Part shown: positions 1 through 10,814 of the stretch, piece by piece
Layout: each line of letters starts with the position of its first letter
How positions within the stretch are numbered: the first letter of the stretch is position 1
Origin: the human T2T-CHM13v2.0 reference genome, Homo sapiens
Length of the DNA: 64,000 nt
NCBI RefSeq assembly: GCF_009914755.1
Contig: NC_060928.1
Strand: one strand, 5' to 3'
The notes under the pieces: model-generated
The model's database searches: none
Seen by the model: the letters and a program-made list of their open reading frames with translations, nothing else
Told to the model about the DNA's origin: nothing
Position numbers and translations under genes: made by a program

Positions 1-130
1 ATAGTGTCTGCTTATGTTCAAATTTAAAGCTATTTTTCAAAGTGATACACCAAATTACACTCCAACATTGTCTGAGAGTTTCTGTTGCTCCACATTATTA
101 AAAACAGCTGGTATAAGGCTAATTGTGTTT
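1..130 (-). mobile_element. Ancient L1M (L1ME/L1MC-like) ORF2 3' fragment; appears to resume near 10815
   Basis: Degenerate antisense L1 text (ttcaaagtgatacacc...ctgttgctccacat). The next expected L1 segment (cagtggtatctcgttgtggttttaatttg) occurs near 10840. Confidence 0.5.
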
Positions 131-143
131 TATATCCACAAAC

Positions 144-808
144 TTTTTTTTCCATGTGTACATTTCACCTAGCTCCCATTTATAAGTGAAAGCATACAGT
201 ATTTGACTTTCTGTTTCTGAGTCATTTCACTTAAGATAATGGTCTCAAGTTTCTCCCACGTTGCTGCAAAAGACATAATTTCATTATTTTTTATGGTTGA
301 ATATTATTCCATTGTATACATATACCACAACTTCTGTATCCACTAACCCACTGATGGACACTTCCGGTGATTCCATGTCTTTGCTACTGTGAATAGGGCT
401 ATCATAAGCATACAACTGCAAGTATCTTTTTGGTATAATGATTTATTTTCCTTTGGGTAGATACCCAGTAGTGGGATTGCTGGATCAAATGGTAGTTCTA
501 CTTTTAGTCCTTTGAGAAATCTCCACACTCTTTTCCATAGAGGTTGTACTAATTTATATTCCCTCCAGCAGTGTGTAAGCCTTCCCTTCTCTCTGCACCC
601 TCACCGGCATTTGCTATCTTTTGTATTTTTAATAATACCATTCTGATAGGGTAAGAGTATATCTTATTGTAGTTTTCATTTCCATTTATCTGATGATTAG
701 TGATGTTGAGCATTTTTTTCATGTGCTTATTGGCCATTTGTATGTCTTCTTTTGAAAAATGTCTATTCATGTCCTTTGCCCACTTTTTGATGTGGTTGTT
801 TTGTTTTG
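144..808 (-). mobile_element. 5'-truncated L1PB/L1MA-type element, 3' part (continues at 7476-7532)
   Basis: ORF track pieces [25 protein letters not shown] and [19 protein letters not shown] are the ORF2 C-terminus. Poly-T at 144-151; TSD tatatccacaaa at 131-142 and 7533-7544. Confidence 0.8.
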
Positions 809-1033
809 CTTTTTTATTTTTATTTTAAATTCCAGGATATATGTGCAGGATGTGCAGGTTTGTTACATAGAAAAATGTGTGCCATGGTGGTTTGCTGCAC
901 CTATCAACCCATCACCTAGGTATTAAGCCCAGCATGCATTGGCTATTTTTCCTGATGCTCTCTCTCCTGCCGTACCTGCCAACAGGCCCCAAGGTGTGTT
1001 GTTCCCCTCCCTGTGTCCATGTGTTCTCATTTT

Positions 1034-4000
1034 TCAGCTCCCAATTATAAGTGAGAACATCCAGTGTTTGGTTTTCTGTTCCTGCGTTAGTTTGCTGAGG
1101 ATAATGGCTTCCAGCTCCATCCATATCCCTGCAAAGGACATGATCTCATTCCTTTTTATGGCTGCATAGTATCCTATGGTGTATATGTACAACATTTTCC
1201 TTATCCAGTCCATCATTGATGGGCATTTGGGTTGATTCCATGTTTTTGCTATTGTGAATAGTGCTGCAATGAAGTATGAGTGCATGTATCTTTATAATAG
1301 AATGATTTATATTCCTTTGGGTATATACCTAGTATTGAGATTGCTGGGTCAAATGGTACTTCTGTCTTTAGGTCTTTGAGGAATCTCCACACTGTCTTCC
1401 ACAGTGGTTGAACTAATTTGTATTCCCACCAACAGTGTAAAAGTGTTCCTATTTCTCCACAGCCTCACCAGCATCTGTTGTTTCTTGACTTTTTAATAAT
1501 AGCCATTCTGACTGGCATGAGATGGCATCTCATTGTGGTTTTGATTTGCATTTTTCTGGTGATTGGTGATGTTTAGCCTTTTTATATATGTTTGTTGGCT
1601 GCATAAATGTCTTCTTTTGAGAAGTGTCTGTTCATGTCCTTTTCTCACTTTTTAATGGGTATTTTTCTTGTAAATTTGTTAAAAGTTCCTTGTAAATTCT
1701 GGATATTAGTCAGATGGATCGATTGCAAAAATTTTCTCCCATTCTGTAGGCTGTCTGTTCACTCTGATGATCATTTCTTTTGCTGTGCAGAAGCTCTTCA
1801 GTTTAATTAGATTCCATTTGTCAATTTTTGCTTTTGTTGCAATTGCTTTTGATGTGTTTGTCATGAAATCTTTGCTCATGCCTATGTTCTCAATGGTATT
1901 GCCTAGATTTTCTTCTAGGGTTTTTATAATTTTGAGTTTTACATTCAATTCTTTAATCCATCTTGAGTTAATTTTTGTATAAAGTGTAAGGAAGGGGTCC
2001 AGTTTCAATTACCTGCAAATGGCTACCCAGTTCTTTCAGCACCATTTATTAAATAGGGAATCCTTTCCCCATTGCTTGTTTTTGCCAGGTTTGTCAAAGA
2101 TCAGATGGTTGTAGATGTGCGGTCTAATTTCTGAGTTCTCTATTCTGTTCCATTGATGTGTGTGTCTGTTTTTGTACTAGTACCATGCTGTTTTGGTTAT
2201 TGTAGCCTTGTAATATAGTTTGAAGTCAGGTAGCATAATGCCTCCAACTTTGTTCCTTTTGCTTAGGATTGTCTTGGCTATTTGGGCTCTTTGGTTTCAT
2301 ATGAGTTTTAAAGTCATTTGTTCTAATTCTGTGAAGAATGTCAATGGTAGTTTAATGGAAATAGCATTGAATCTATAAATTACTTTGGGCAGCATGGCCA
2401 TTTTCACAATATTGATTCTTCCTATCCATGAGGATGGAATAATATTCCATTTGTTTATGTCCTCTCTGATTTCCTTGAGCAGTGGTTTGTAGTTCTCCTT
2501 GAAGAGATGCTTCACTTCCCTTGTTAGCTGTATTCCTAGGTATATTATTCTCTTTGCAGCAATTGTGAATGGGAGTTCATTCATGATTTGACTCTCTGCA
2601 TGTCTATTTTTGGTGTATAGGAATCCTTGTGATTGTTGCACATTGATTTTGTATCCTGAGAATTTGCTGAAGTTGCTTAACAGCTTAAGAAGTTTTCGGG
2701 CTGAGACAATGGGGTTTTCTAGATACAGAATCATGTCCTCTACAGAGACAATTTGACTTCCTCTCTTCTTATTTGAATTCCTTTATTTCTTTCTCTTGCC
2801 TGATTGCCCTGGCAAGAACTTCCAATAATGTGTTGAATAGGAGTGGTGAGAGAGGGCATCCTTTTCTTGTGCTGATTTTCAAGGGGAATGCTTCCAGCTT
2901 TTGCCCATTCAGTGTGATATTGGTTGTGGTTTATCATAAATGGCTCCTATTATTTTGAGATATGTTCCATCGATAGCTAGTTTATTGAGAGTTTTTAACA
3001 TGAAGAGATGTTAAATTTTATCGAAGGCCTTTTCTGCGTCTATTGAGATAATCATGTGGTGCTTGTTTTAGTTCTGTTTATGTGATTAATTATGTTTATT
3101 AATTTGTGTATGTTGAACCAGCCTTGCATCCCAGGGATGAAGCTGACTTGATCATGGTGGATGAGCTTTTTGATGTGCTGCTGGATTCAGTTTGCCAGCA
3201 TTTTATTGAGGATTTTTGCATCGATGTTCATCAGGGATATTGGCCTGAAGTTTTTTGTTGTTGTTGTATCTCTGCCAGGTTCTGGTATCAGGATGATGCT
3301 GGTCTCATAAAATGAATTAGGGAGAAGTCCCTTCTTTTTAATTGTTTGCAATAGTTTCAGAAGAAATGGTACCAGCTCCTCTTTATACCTCTGGTGGAGT
3401 TCAGCTGTAAATCCGTCTGGTCCTGGGCTTTTTCTTGGTTGGTAGGCTATTTATTACTGCCTCAATTTTAGAACTTGTTATTGGTCTATTTAGGGATTCA
3501 ACTTCTTTCTGGTTCAGTCTTGGAAGGGTGTATTGCTCCGGAATTTATCCTTTTCTTCAAGATTTTCTAGTTTACTTGCATAGAGATGTTTATAATATTC
3601 TCTTATGGTTGTTTGTATTTCTGTGGGGTCAGTGGTAATATCCTCTTCATCATTTTTTATTGTGTCTATTTGATTCTTATTTCTTTTCTTCTTTATTAGT
3701 CTAACTAGAGGTCTATTTTATTAGTTTTTTCCAAAAACCAGCTCCTGAATTTGTTCATTTGTTAAAGGGTTTTTCACGTCTCTATCTTCTTCATTTCTGC
3801 TCTGATCTTTGTTATTTCTTGTCTTCTTTGGGGTTTGTTTTCTCCTGGTTCTATAGTTCTTTTAGTTGTGATGTTGGTTAGGGTGTTGATTTGAGATCTT
3901 TCTAGCTTTTTGATATAGACATTTAGTGCTATAAGCTTCTCTCTTAACACTGCATTAACTGCATCCCAGAGATTCTGGTACGTTGTCTCTTTGTTCTCAT

Positions 4001-4823
4001 TGGCTTCAAAGAACTTCTTGATTTCTGTCTTAATTTCATTAATTACCCAGGAGTCATTCAGGAGCAGGTTGTTCAATTTCCATGTAGTTGTGTGGTTTTT
4101 AGTGAGTTTTTAATCTTGAGTTCTAATTTGATTGCACTGTGATGTGAGAGACAGTTTGTTATGATTTCAGTTCTTTTGCATTTGTTGAGGAGTGCTTTAC
4201 TTCCTGTTATGTCATCGATTTCAGAGTAAGTGCCATGAGACACTGAGAAAAATGTATATTCTGTTGTTTTGGGGTGGAGAGTTCTGTAGATATGTATCAG
4301 GTCCACATGATCCAGAGCTGGGTTCAAGTCCTGAATACTTTTGTTAATTTTCTGTCTCGACAATCTGTCTAATATTGACAGTGGGGTGTTAAGGTCTCCT
4401 ACTACTATTGTGCAAGAGTCTAAGTCTCTTTGTAGTTCTCTAAGAACTTGTTTTATAAATCTGGGTGCTCCTGTATTGGGTGAATATATATTTAGGAGAG
4501 TTAGCTCGTCTTGTTGAATTGAACCCTTTACTATTGTGTAAAGCCCTTCTTTGTCTTTTTTGATCTTTGCTGATTTAAAGACTGTTTTGTCAGAAACTAT
4601 GATTGCAATCCCTACTTTTCTTCTGTTTTCCATTTGCTTGGTAAATTTTTCTCCATTTCTTTATTTTGAGCCTATTTGTGTCTTTGCACATGAGACAGGT
4701 CTCTTGAATACACCACATGGATTGACTCTTTATCCAGCTTGCCATTTTGTGTCTTTTAATTGGAGTGTTTAGCCCATTTTCATTTAAGGTTAATATTGTT
4801 ATGTGTGAATTTGATCCTGTCAT
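1034..4823 (-). pseudogene. Disrupted L1 ORF2 (endonuclease/reverse transcriptase)
   Basis: [14 protein letters not shown] start at 4823, then fragments GIAIIVSDK...[26 protein letters not shown] and [17 protein letters not shown] in shifting frames. Confidence 0.9.
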
Positions 4824-4884
4824 CTTGATGCTAGCTGGTTATTTTTTAGACTTGTTGAGGTAGTTGCTTCATAATATCATTGGT

Positions 4885-5830
4885 CTTTGTACTTCAGTGT
4901 GTTTTTGTAGTGACTGGCAACGGTTTTTCCTTTCCATATTTAGTGCTTCCTTCAGGAGCTCTTGCAAGGCAGGCCTGTTGGTGATGAATTCTCTCAGCAT
5001 TTGCTTGTCTGAAAAGGTTATATTTCTCCTTTGCTTATGAAGCTTAGTTTGGCCACATAGGAAATTCTGGGTTGGAAATTCTTTTCTTTACAAATATTGA
5101 ATATTGGCCCCCAATCTCTTCCTGCTTGTAGGGTTTCTGCTGAGAGATCCACTGTTAGTCTGATGGGCTTCCCTTTGTAGGTGACCTGGCCTTTCTCTCT
5201 GGCTTCCCTTAACATTTTTTCCGCCATTTCGACCTTGGAGAATCTGATCATTACATGTCTTGGGGTTGATCTTCTCATGGAATATCTTAATGGGGTTTTA
5301 CAGATTTCCTGAATTTGAATGTTTGCCTGTCTAGCTAGGTTGGGGAAGTTCTCCTGGATAATATTCTGAAATATGTTTTCAAACTGGGTTCTGTTCTTCC
5401 CATCTCTTTCAAGTACCCCAATCAGTCATAGGTTCAGTCTTTTTACATATTCCCATAGTTCTTGGAGATTTTGTTCATTCCTTTTTATTCTTTTTTCTCT
5501 AATCTGGTCTGCCTGTCTTATTCAGCAAGATAGTCTTCAAACACTGATATTCTTTCCTCCACTTGGTCTATTCAGCTATTAATACTTGAGGTTGCATTGT
5601 GAAGTTCTCGTGTTGTGTTTTTCAGCTCCATCAGGTCATTTATGTTCCCCTCTAAACTGTTTATTCTGGTTAACAGCTCCTGTAATGTTTTATCATCATT
5701 CTTAGACTCTTTGATTTGGGTTAGAAGATGCTCCTTTAGCTCGGTGATGTTCGTTATTACCCACCTGCTGAAGCCTACTTCTGTTAGTTCATTCATCTCA
5801 GCCTCAGCCTAGTTCTGTGCCCTTGCTGGA
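4885..5830 (-). pseudogene. Disrupted L1 ORF1
   Basis: Fragments RRSTPRHVMIRFSKVEM...REKGQVTYKGKPIRLT...ISYVAKLSF and the coiled-coil segment at 5572-5796. Confidence 0.85.
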
Positions 5831-7193
5831 GAGATGGTGCAATCATTTGGAGGAGAGGATGTGGTCTGGCTTTCTTGAGTTTTCAGCATTTTTTTATTGA
5901 TTTTTTTCCTCATCTTCATTAGTTTATCTAGCTTTGATCTTTGAGGCTGCTGACCTTTGGATGGAGTTTTCGTGAGGAAATTTTTGTTGATGCTCTTGTT
6001 GCTGTTGCTTTCTGTTTCTTTGTTTTTCTTTTAACAGTCAGGCCTCTCTTCTGCAGGGCTGCTGTGGTTTGCTGGGGGTCCACTCCAGACCCTATTTGTC
6101 TGGGTCCCTCCCACACCTGGAAGTGTCATGAGTAGAGGGTGCAGAACAGCAAAGATGGCTGCCTTCTTCTTCTGGGAGCTCTGTCTCAGAGGGGCACCGA
6201 CCTGATGCCAGCAAGCTCCTGTATAAGGTCTCTAGCAACCCCTGTTAGGGGTGTCTTACCCAGTCAGGAGGCATGGGATCAGGGACCCTTGTAACAAAGT
6301 ACTCTTGCTGCCTCTTGGTGGAGGGATTGTGGTGTGCTGAGGGGAATCTCACTCCTCCAGACTGCCTGGATTCCTCAGAGCCCGGAGGGAAAAAGACTAA
6401 GTCCACTGATCTATGGAGGCTGCAGCCACCCCTCCCCACTGGGGCTCCACCACAAGGAGATCAGAGCTCTGTTTGTAAACCTCTGGCTGAAGTTGCTGAA
6501 ATTACCACAGGGATGCCTCACCTGGTGAGGAGGGATGGGCCCGGGTCTGGCCTAAAGAGGCAATCTGACCATGATCTGCCACAGCTGCTGTGCTGTGCTG
6601 TGGGGAATTCCTCCTGGGTCCAAACTGCCCAGTCTCCCCAGCACCGGCAGGGGAAAATGGATGACTGAAGCTGCAGTAATAGCTGCTGCCCCTCCCCTCA
6701 GAAACTCAGTCATCTTAGGCAGCAGGCAGCTGCAGTGATGATAGCCGGCCCACCCTCCAGGAACTCGGTAGCCTTAGGCAGTCTCCAGCTGAGCAGCTGA
6801 GAATCTGCACAGCTCTGTGCTGGAGACCTAAGGCCCTGGTGGCACAGGCTCACAAGGGAATCTCCTGATCCACAGGGTTGCACAGATCCATGGAAAAAGC
6901 ATGGTTTCCTGGGCAGGGTAGCACAATCACTGCATCCCATGGCTGGGGTTGGGGGATCCCCTTGCCCTGTGTAGTTCCCAGTAGGCCATTGCTCCACCCG
7001 GCTTTTCCTCATTCTCCGTGGGTTGTGTCAACTGCCTAGTCAGTCCCAATGAGAGAACCTGGATATCTCAGTTGCTAGTGCAGGATTCACTTGCTGTTTT
7101 TTTTCTTCTCAGTGGGAGCCTACCACAGCTGTTTCTGGTCTGGTCGGCCATCTTGGCCCCTCCCTTTTTAGTCAATCCAGAGAAAAAGTAAAG

Positions 7194-7476
7194 ATGATCA
7201 CAAGATGAAGTCCCACAATAGGCCATCTGCAAGCTGAGGAGCAAGAAAGCCTGTCCAAGTCCCAAAATCTCAAAAGTAGGCAAGCTGACAGTGTAGTCTT
7301 CAGTCTGTGGCTGAAGGCCTGAGAGCCTTGGCAAACCACTGGTGTAAGTCCGAGAGTCCAAAAGCTGAAGAACATGGAGTCCAATGTTCAAGGGCAGTAA
7401 GAATCCTGAACAGGAGAAAGATGAAGGCCAGAAGACTCAGCAAATCTGCTCTTTCCATCTTCTTCTGCCTGCTTTT
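7194..7476 (-). mobile_element. MLT2A2 (ERVL/HERV-L LTR) internal fragment ending at the LTR splice-donor position
   Basis: Matches remembered MLT2A2 text (cccacaataggccatctgcaagctgaggagcaag...aaagctgaagaac...ttctgcctgctttt). Both LTR termini are missing. Confidence 0.85.
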
Positions 7477-7677
7477 GGTTATTTGTTTTGTTGTTGTTGT
7501 TGTTGAGTTGTTTGAGTTGATGGTGAATTCTGTATATCCACAAAGTTTTATTTATTTTTTAAGTTACAAGTAAAAATTGTACATATTTATAGTGTACAAT
7601 ATGATTTTTTGATATATGTATACATTGTGGAATGGCTAAATCAAGTTCTTTAACACATGCATGACATCACATACTTA

Positions 7678-8161
7678 TGTAACCCAGAGTCCCTGGGTTT
7701 GGGGGTATGTACTGTGAAAAAGTACCCACTTGTAACTTGTACCTTGAGTTATTATTGTTTCAAAACAGTTCCAGGAAGAAGTTCAGCCCCCAAAAAACAA
7801 AAACCAGTTAGATTCAGAAAGGCCTGAATTGGAGATGAACTTTGGCAAACTCTCCTCATTACTATTCTAAGATCTTGCCTATGGAGGAGTTTTTCACCAT
7901 TTTCTATACATACAATGTATGTAGAAGCATGATCAGTGACTGTGCTTGCACTGCCTTTACTGCACCTCTACATCCATAAAGTTAGCTAGTCCAATACAAG
8001 ATGTTTTCACCTTTATTTGGAGAGGCACTGCTTTGGGAAATATCCCAGGTGTCCTCTTTACTTATTGCATGTAATAAAATCCCTGTGTTAAATCCTCCTT
8101 GGTTGTGGTCATTGGACTGTCACCCACCAAGTGATCGAACCCACCCATTGTGTGGTTAACA
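7678..8161 (+). mobile_element. Solo LTR, ERVL class (MER73/MER54-like, family uncertain)
   Basis: TGT...ACA termini, AATAAA near 8073, cleanly interrupts the L1MA 3'UTR. Confidence 0.65.
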
Positions 8162-8887
8162 CCTATTTTGTGCACGTGGTGAGAACATCTAAAATCTCTC
8201 TTAGCCATTTTCAAATATGATATATAATGATTAATTGTAGTCACCATAATAGACATAGGAAATAGACATCTTGAAATTATTCCTTCTGCCGAGATAAAAT
8301 TTTGTGTCTTTGACTGGCATCTCCCCAGTCTCCTCAATCCCCAGCCTCTGGAAACCAACATTGTATTCTCTGCTTCTATGAGTTCTATATTTTTAGATTT
8401 CACATGTAACTAATATGATGCAGTATTTGTCTTTCTGTGCCTGATTTATTTCACTTAGCATAATATCCTACAGGTCATCCTTTTTGTGACAAATGCCAGG
8501 ATTTTCTTCTTTTTTTAGGATGAATAGTATTCCATCGTGTATATATACACTACATTTTCTTTATCCATTCATCTGTTGACAAACACCTTGCTTATATTAT
8601 ATCTTAGCTATTGTGAGTAATGCTGCAGTAAACACAAGACTGCAAATCTCTTTGACATACTGATTTTACATTGTTTGGATATGCACCCAGTATTAGGATT
8701 ATCAGATCATATTATAGTTCTGTTTTTAATTTTTTGAGGTGCCTCCATACAGATTTCTGTAATGGCTATAATAACTTATATTCCCACCAACCTCTAGCAG
8801 AGTTCCCTTTTCTCCACATCCTAGACAACATTTCTTATGTTTCATCTTTTTATAATACCCATCTGAATGAGTGTGACATTGTATCTC

Positions 8888-9252
8888 TGTATTAGTCTGT
8901 TTCCACACTGCTGATAAAGACACATCCAAGACTGGGTAATTTACAAAAGAAAGAAGTTTATTGAACTTACAGTTCCACATGGCTGGGGAGGCCTCACAAT
9001 CATGGTGGAAGGGAAAGAGGAGCAAGTCACATCTTACATGGATGGTGGCAGGCAAAAAGAGAGTTTGTGCAGGGCAACTCCCATTTTTAAAACCATCAGA
9101 TCTTGTGAAACTCATTCACTATCATGAGAACAGCATGGAAAGATCAACCCCCCGTGATTCAATCATCTCCCACTTGTCCCTCCCACAATACATGGGAATT
9201 ATGGGAGCTACAAGATGAGATTTGGGTGGGGACACAGAGCCAAACCATATCA
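8888..9252 (-). mobile_element. THE1 (THE1C-like) MaLR solo LTR
   Basis: tgtattagtctgtt...gagccaaaccatatca; 5-bp TSD atctc/atctt. Confidence 0.9.
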
Positions 9253-10814
9253 ATCTTATAGTGGTTTTGATTTGCATCTCCCTGATGATTACCATTTGTA
9301 TGTCTTCTATTGAAAAATGTCTATTCAGGTCATTTGCCCATTTAAAAAATCTGTTTTCTTAATACTCAGTTGTTTGAGTTTCTTATACATTTCAGATATT
9401 AATCACTTATTAGATGTGTGGTTTGCAAATATTTTCTTCCATTCTGTAGGCTGTCTCTTCACTAGGTTGAGTGTTTCCTTTGCTGTGAAGAAGCTTTTTA
9501 GTTTGATGTAATCTTATTTGTCTATTTTGCTTTCGTTGCCTGTGCCTTTGGGGTCACATCCAAAAAACTCATTGCCAAGACCACTGTCATAGAGCTTTTC
9601 CTCTATGTTTTCTTGTAGTAGAATTATAGTTTCAGGCCTTATATTTAAGTATTTAATCCATTTTGAATGGATTTTTTATATGATAAGAGATGAGGGTCTA
9701 ATTTTATTGTTCTTCATATGGATATCTAGTTTTCCCAGCACCAATGCTTGAAGAAACTGTGTTTTACCCACTGTGTGTTACTGACATCTTGGTCAAAATC
9801 CGTTGACCATAAATGTGTAGATTTATTTCTGGGCTCTCTATTCTGCTCCATTGATTATGTGTCTGTTTTTATGCCAGTTCCATACTGTTTTGATTACTAT
9901 AGCTTTATATATATTTTCAAATCAAGTAGTGTGATGTTTCCAGCTTTGTTCTTTTTGCTTAAGATTGCTTTGGCTATCCAGTCTGGTCCCATACAAATAT
10001 TAAAATTGTTTTTTCTAGTTCTGTGGAAAATGTCATTGGAATTTTGATAGGAATTGCATTGAATCTGTAGATCACTTTGAGTTTTATTCAACAATATTAA
10101 TTATTCCAATCTACAAACATGGGATATTTTTCTATTTGTTTGTGTCTTGTTCAATTTCTTTCATTAGCATTTTATAATTTTCAGTATACAGATATTTCAC
10201 CTCCTTGGTTAAATTCATTCCAATTTTTTTGGTAGCCATTATAAAGGGGATTTTTTTCTTAAATTTTTTCAAATAGTTTGTTGTTAGTATACATAAATGC
10301 TACTAAGTTTCAGATGTTGATTTTTTATCTTGCAGCTTTACTGAATTCATTTATTCACTCTAACAGTTTTTTGCAGAGTCTATGTATATGATTATGTGTC
10401 TGCAGAGACAATTTTATTTCTTCCTTTCCAATTTGGATGCCTTTTATTTGTTTCAATTGCTTTGCCTAGTATGTCCAGTATTATGTTGGTTAAAGTTGCA
10501 AAAGTGAGTGTTCTTGTATTATACCTAATCTTAGAGAAAAAGCTTCTCCCCCATTGAACTTTTCATCATTTAATATGGTGTTAGCTATGGGCCTGTCATA
10601 TATGACCTTTATTGTGTTGAGATACATTTCTTCTTCACCTAATTTGTTGAGAGTTTTTATCATGAAAGTATGTTGAATTTTGTCAAATGTTTTTTCTGCA
10701 TCTATTGAGATAATCATATAGCTTTTGTCCTTCATTCTGTTTATGTGGTGTATCACATTTATGGATTTATTTATGTTGAAACATCTTTGCATCCCAAAGA
10801 TAAAATGCTTTTTC

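Larger units (their letters stand above)
810..7164 (-). mobile_element. Full-length degenerate LINE-1, L1PA10-L1PA13 type
   Basis: 5' end gggaggggccaagatggccgacc (reverse complement of 7142-7164, includes the YY1 site), long 5'UTR, fragmented ORF1 and ORF2, 3'UTR with tattaagcccagcatgcatt on the + strand, A-rich tail at about 810-828. Confidence 0.92.
7545..10812 (-). mobile_element. L1MA (L1MA5-8-like) 3'UTR plus ORF2 portion, interrupted by two solo LTRs
   Basis: 3' end aaaattgtacatatttatagtgtacaat...; ORF2 remnants ([21 protein letters not shown] at 10490-10816; [13 protein letters not shown]). Confidence 0.8.

Noticed and set aside
6665-6790. Roughly 59-bp tandem repeat in the old L1 5'UTR
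   Set aside because: Probably an intrinsic feature of this L1 subfamily's 5'UTR rather than a locus-specific event.
7068-7391. 107-aa ORF spanning the MLT2A2-linker-L1 junction
   Set aside because: It starts at a non-ATG codon, lies wholly in repeat sequence and resembles no protein I recognise; no evidence of coding function.
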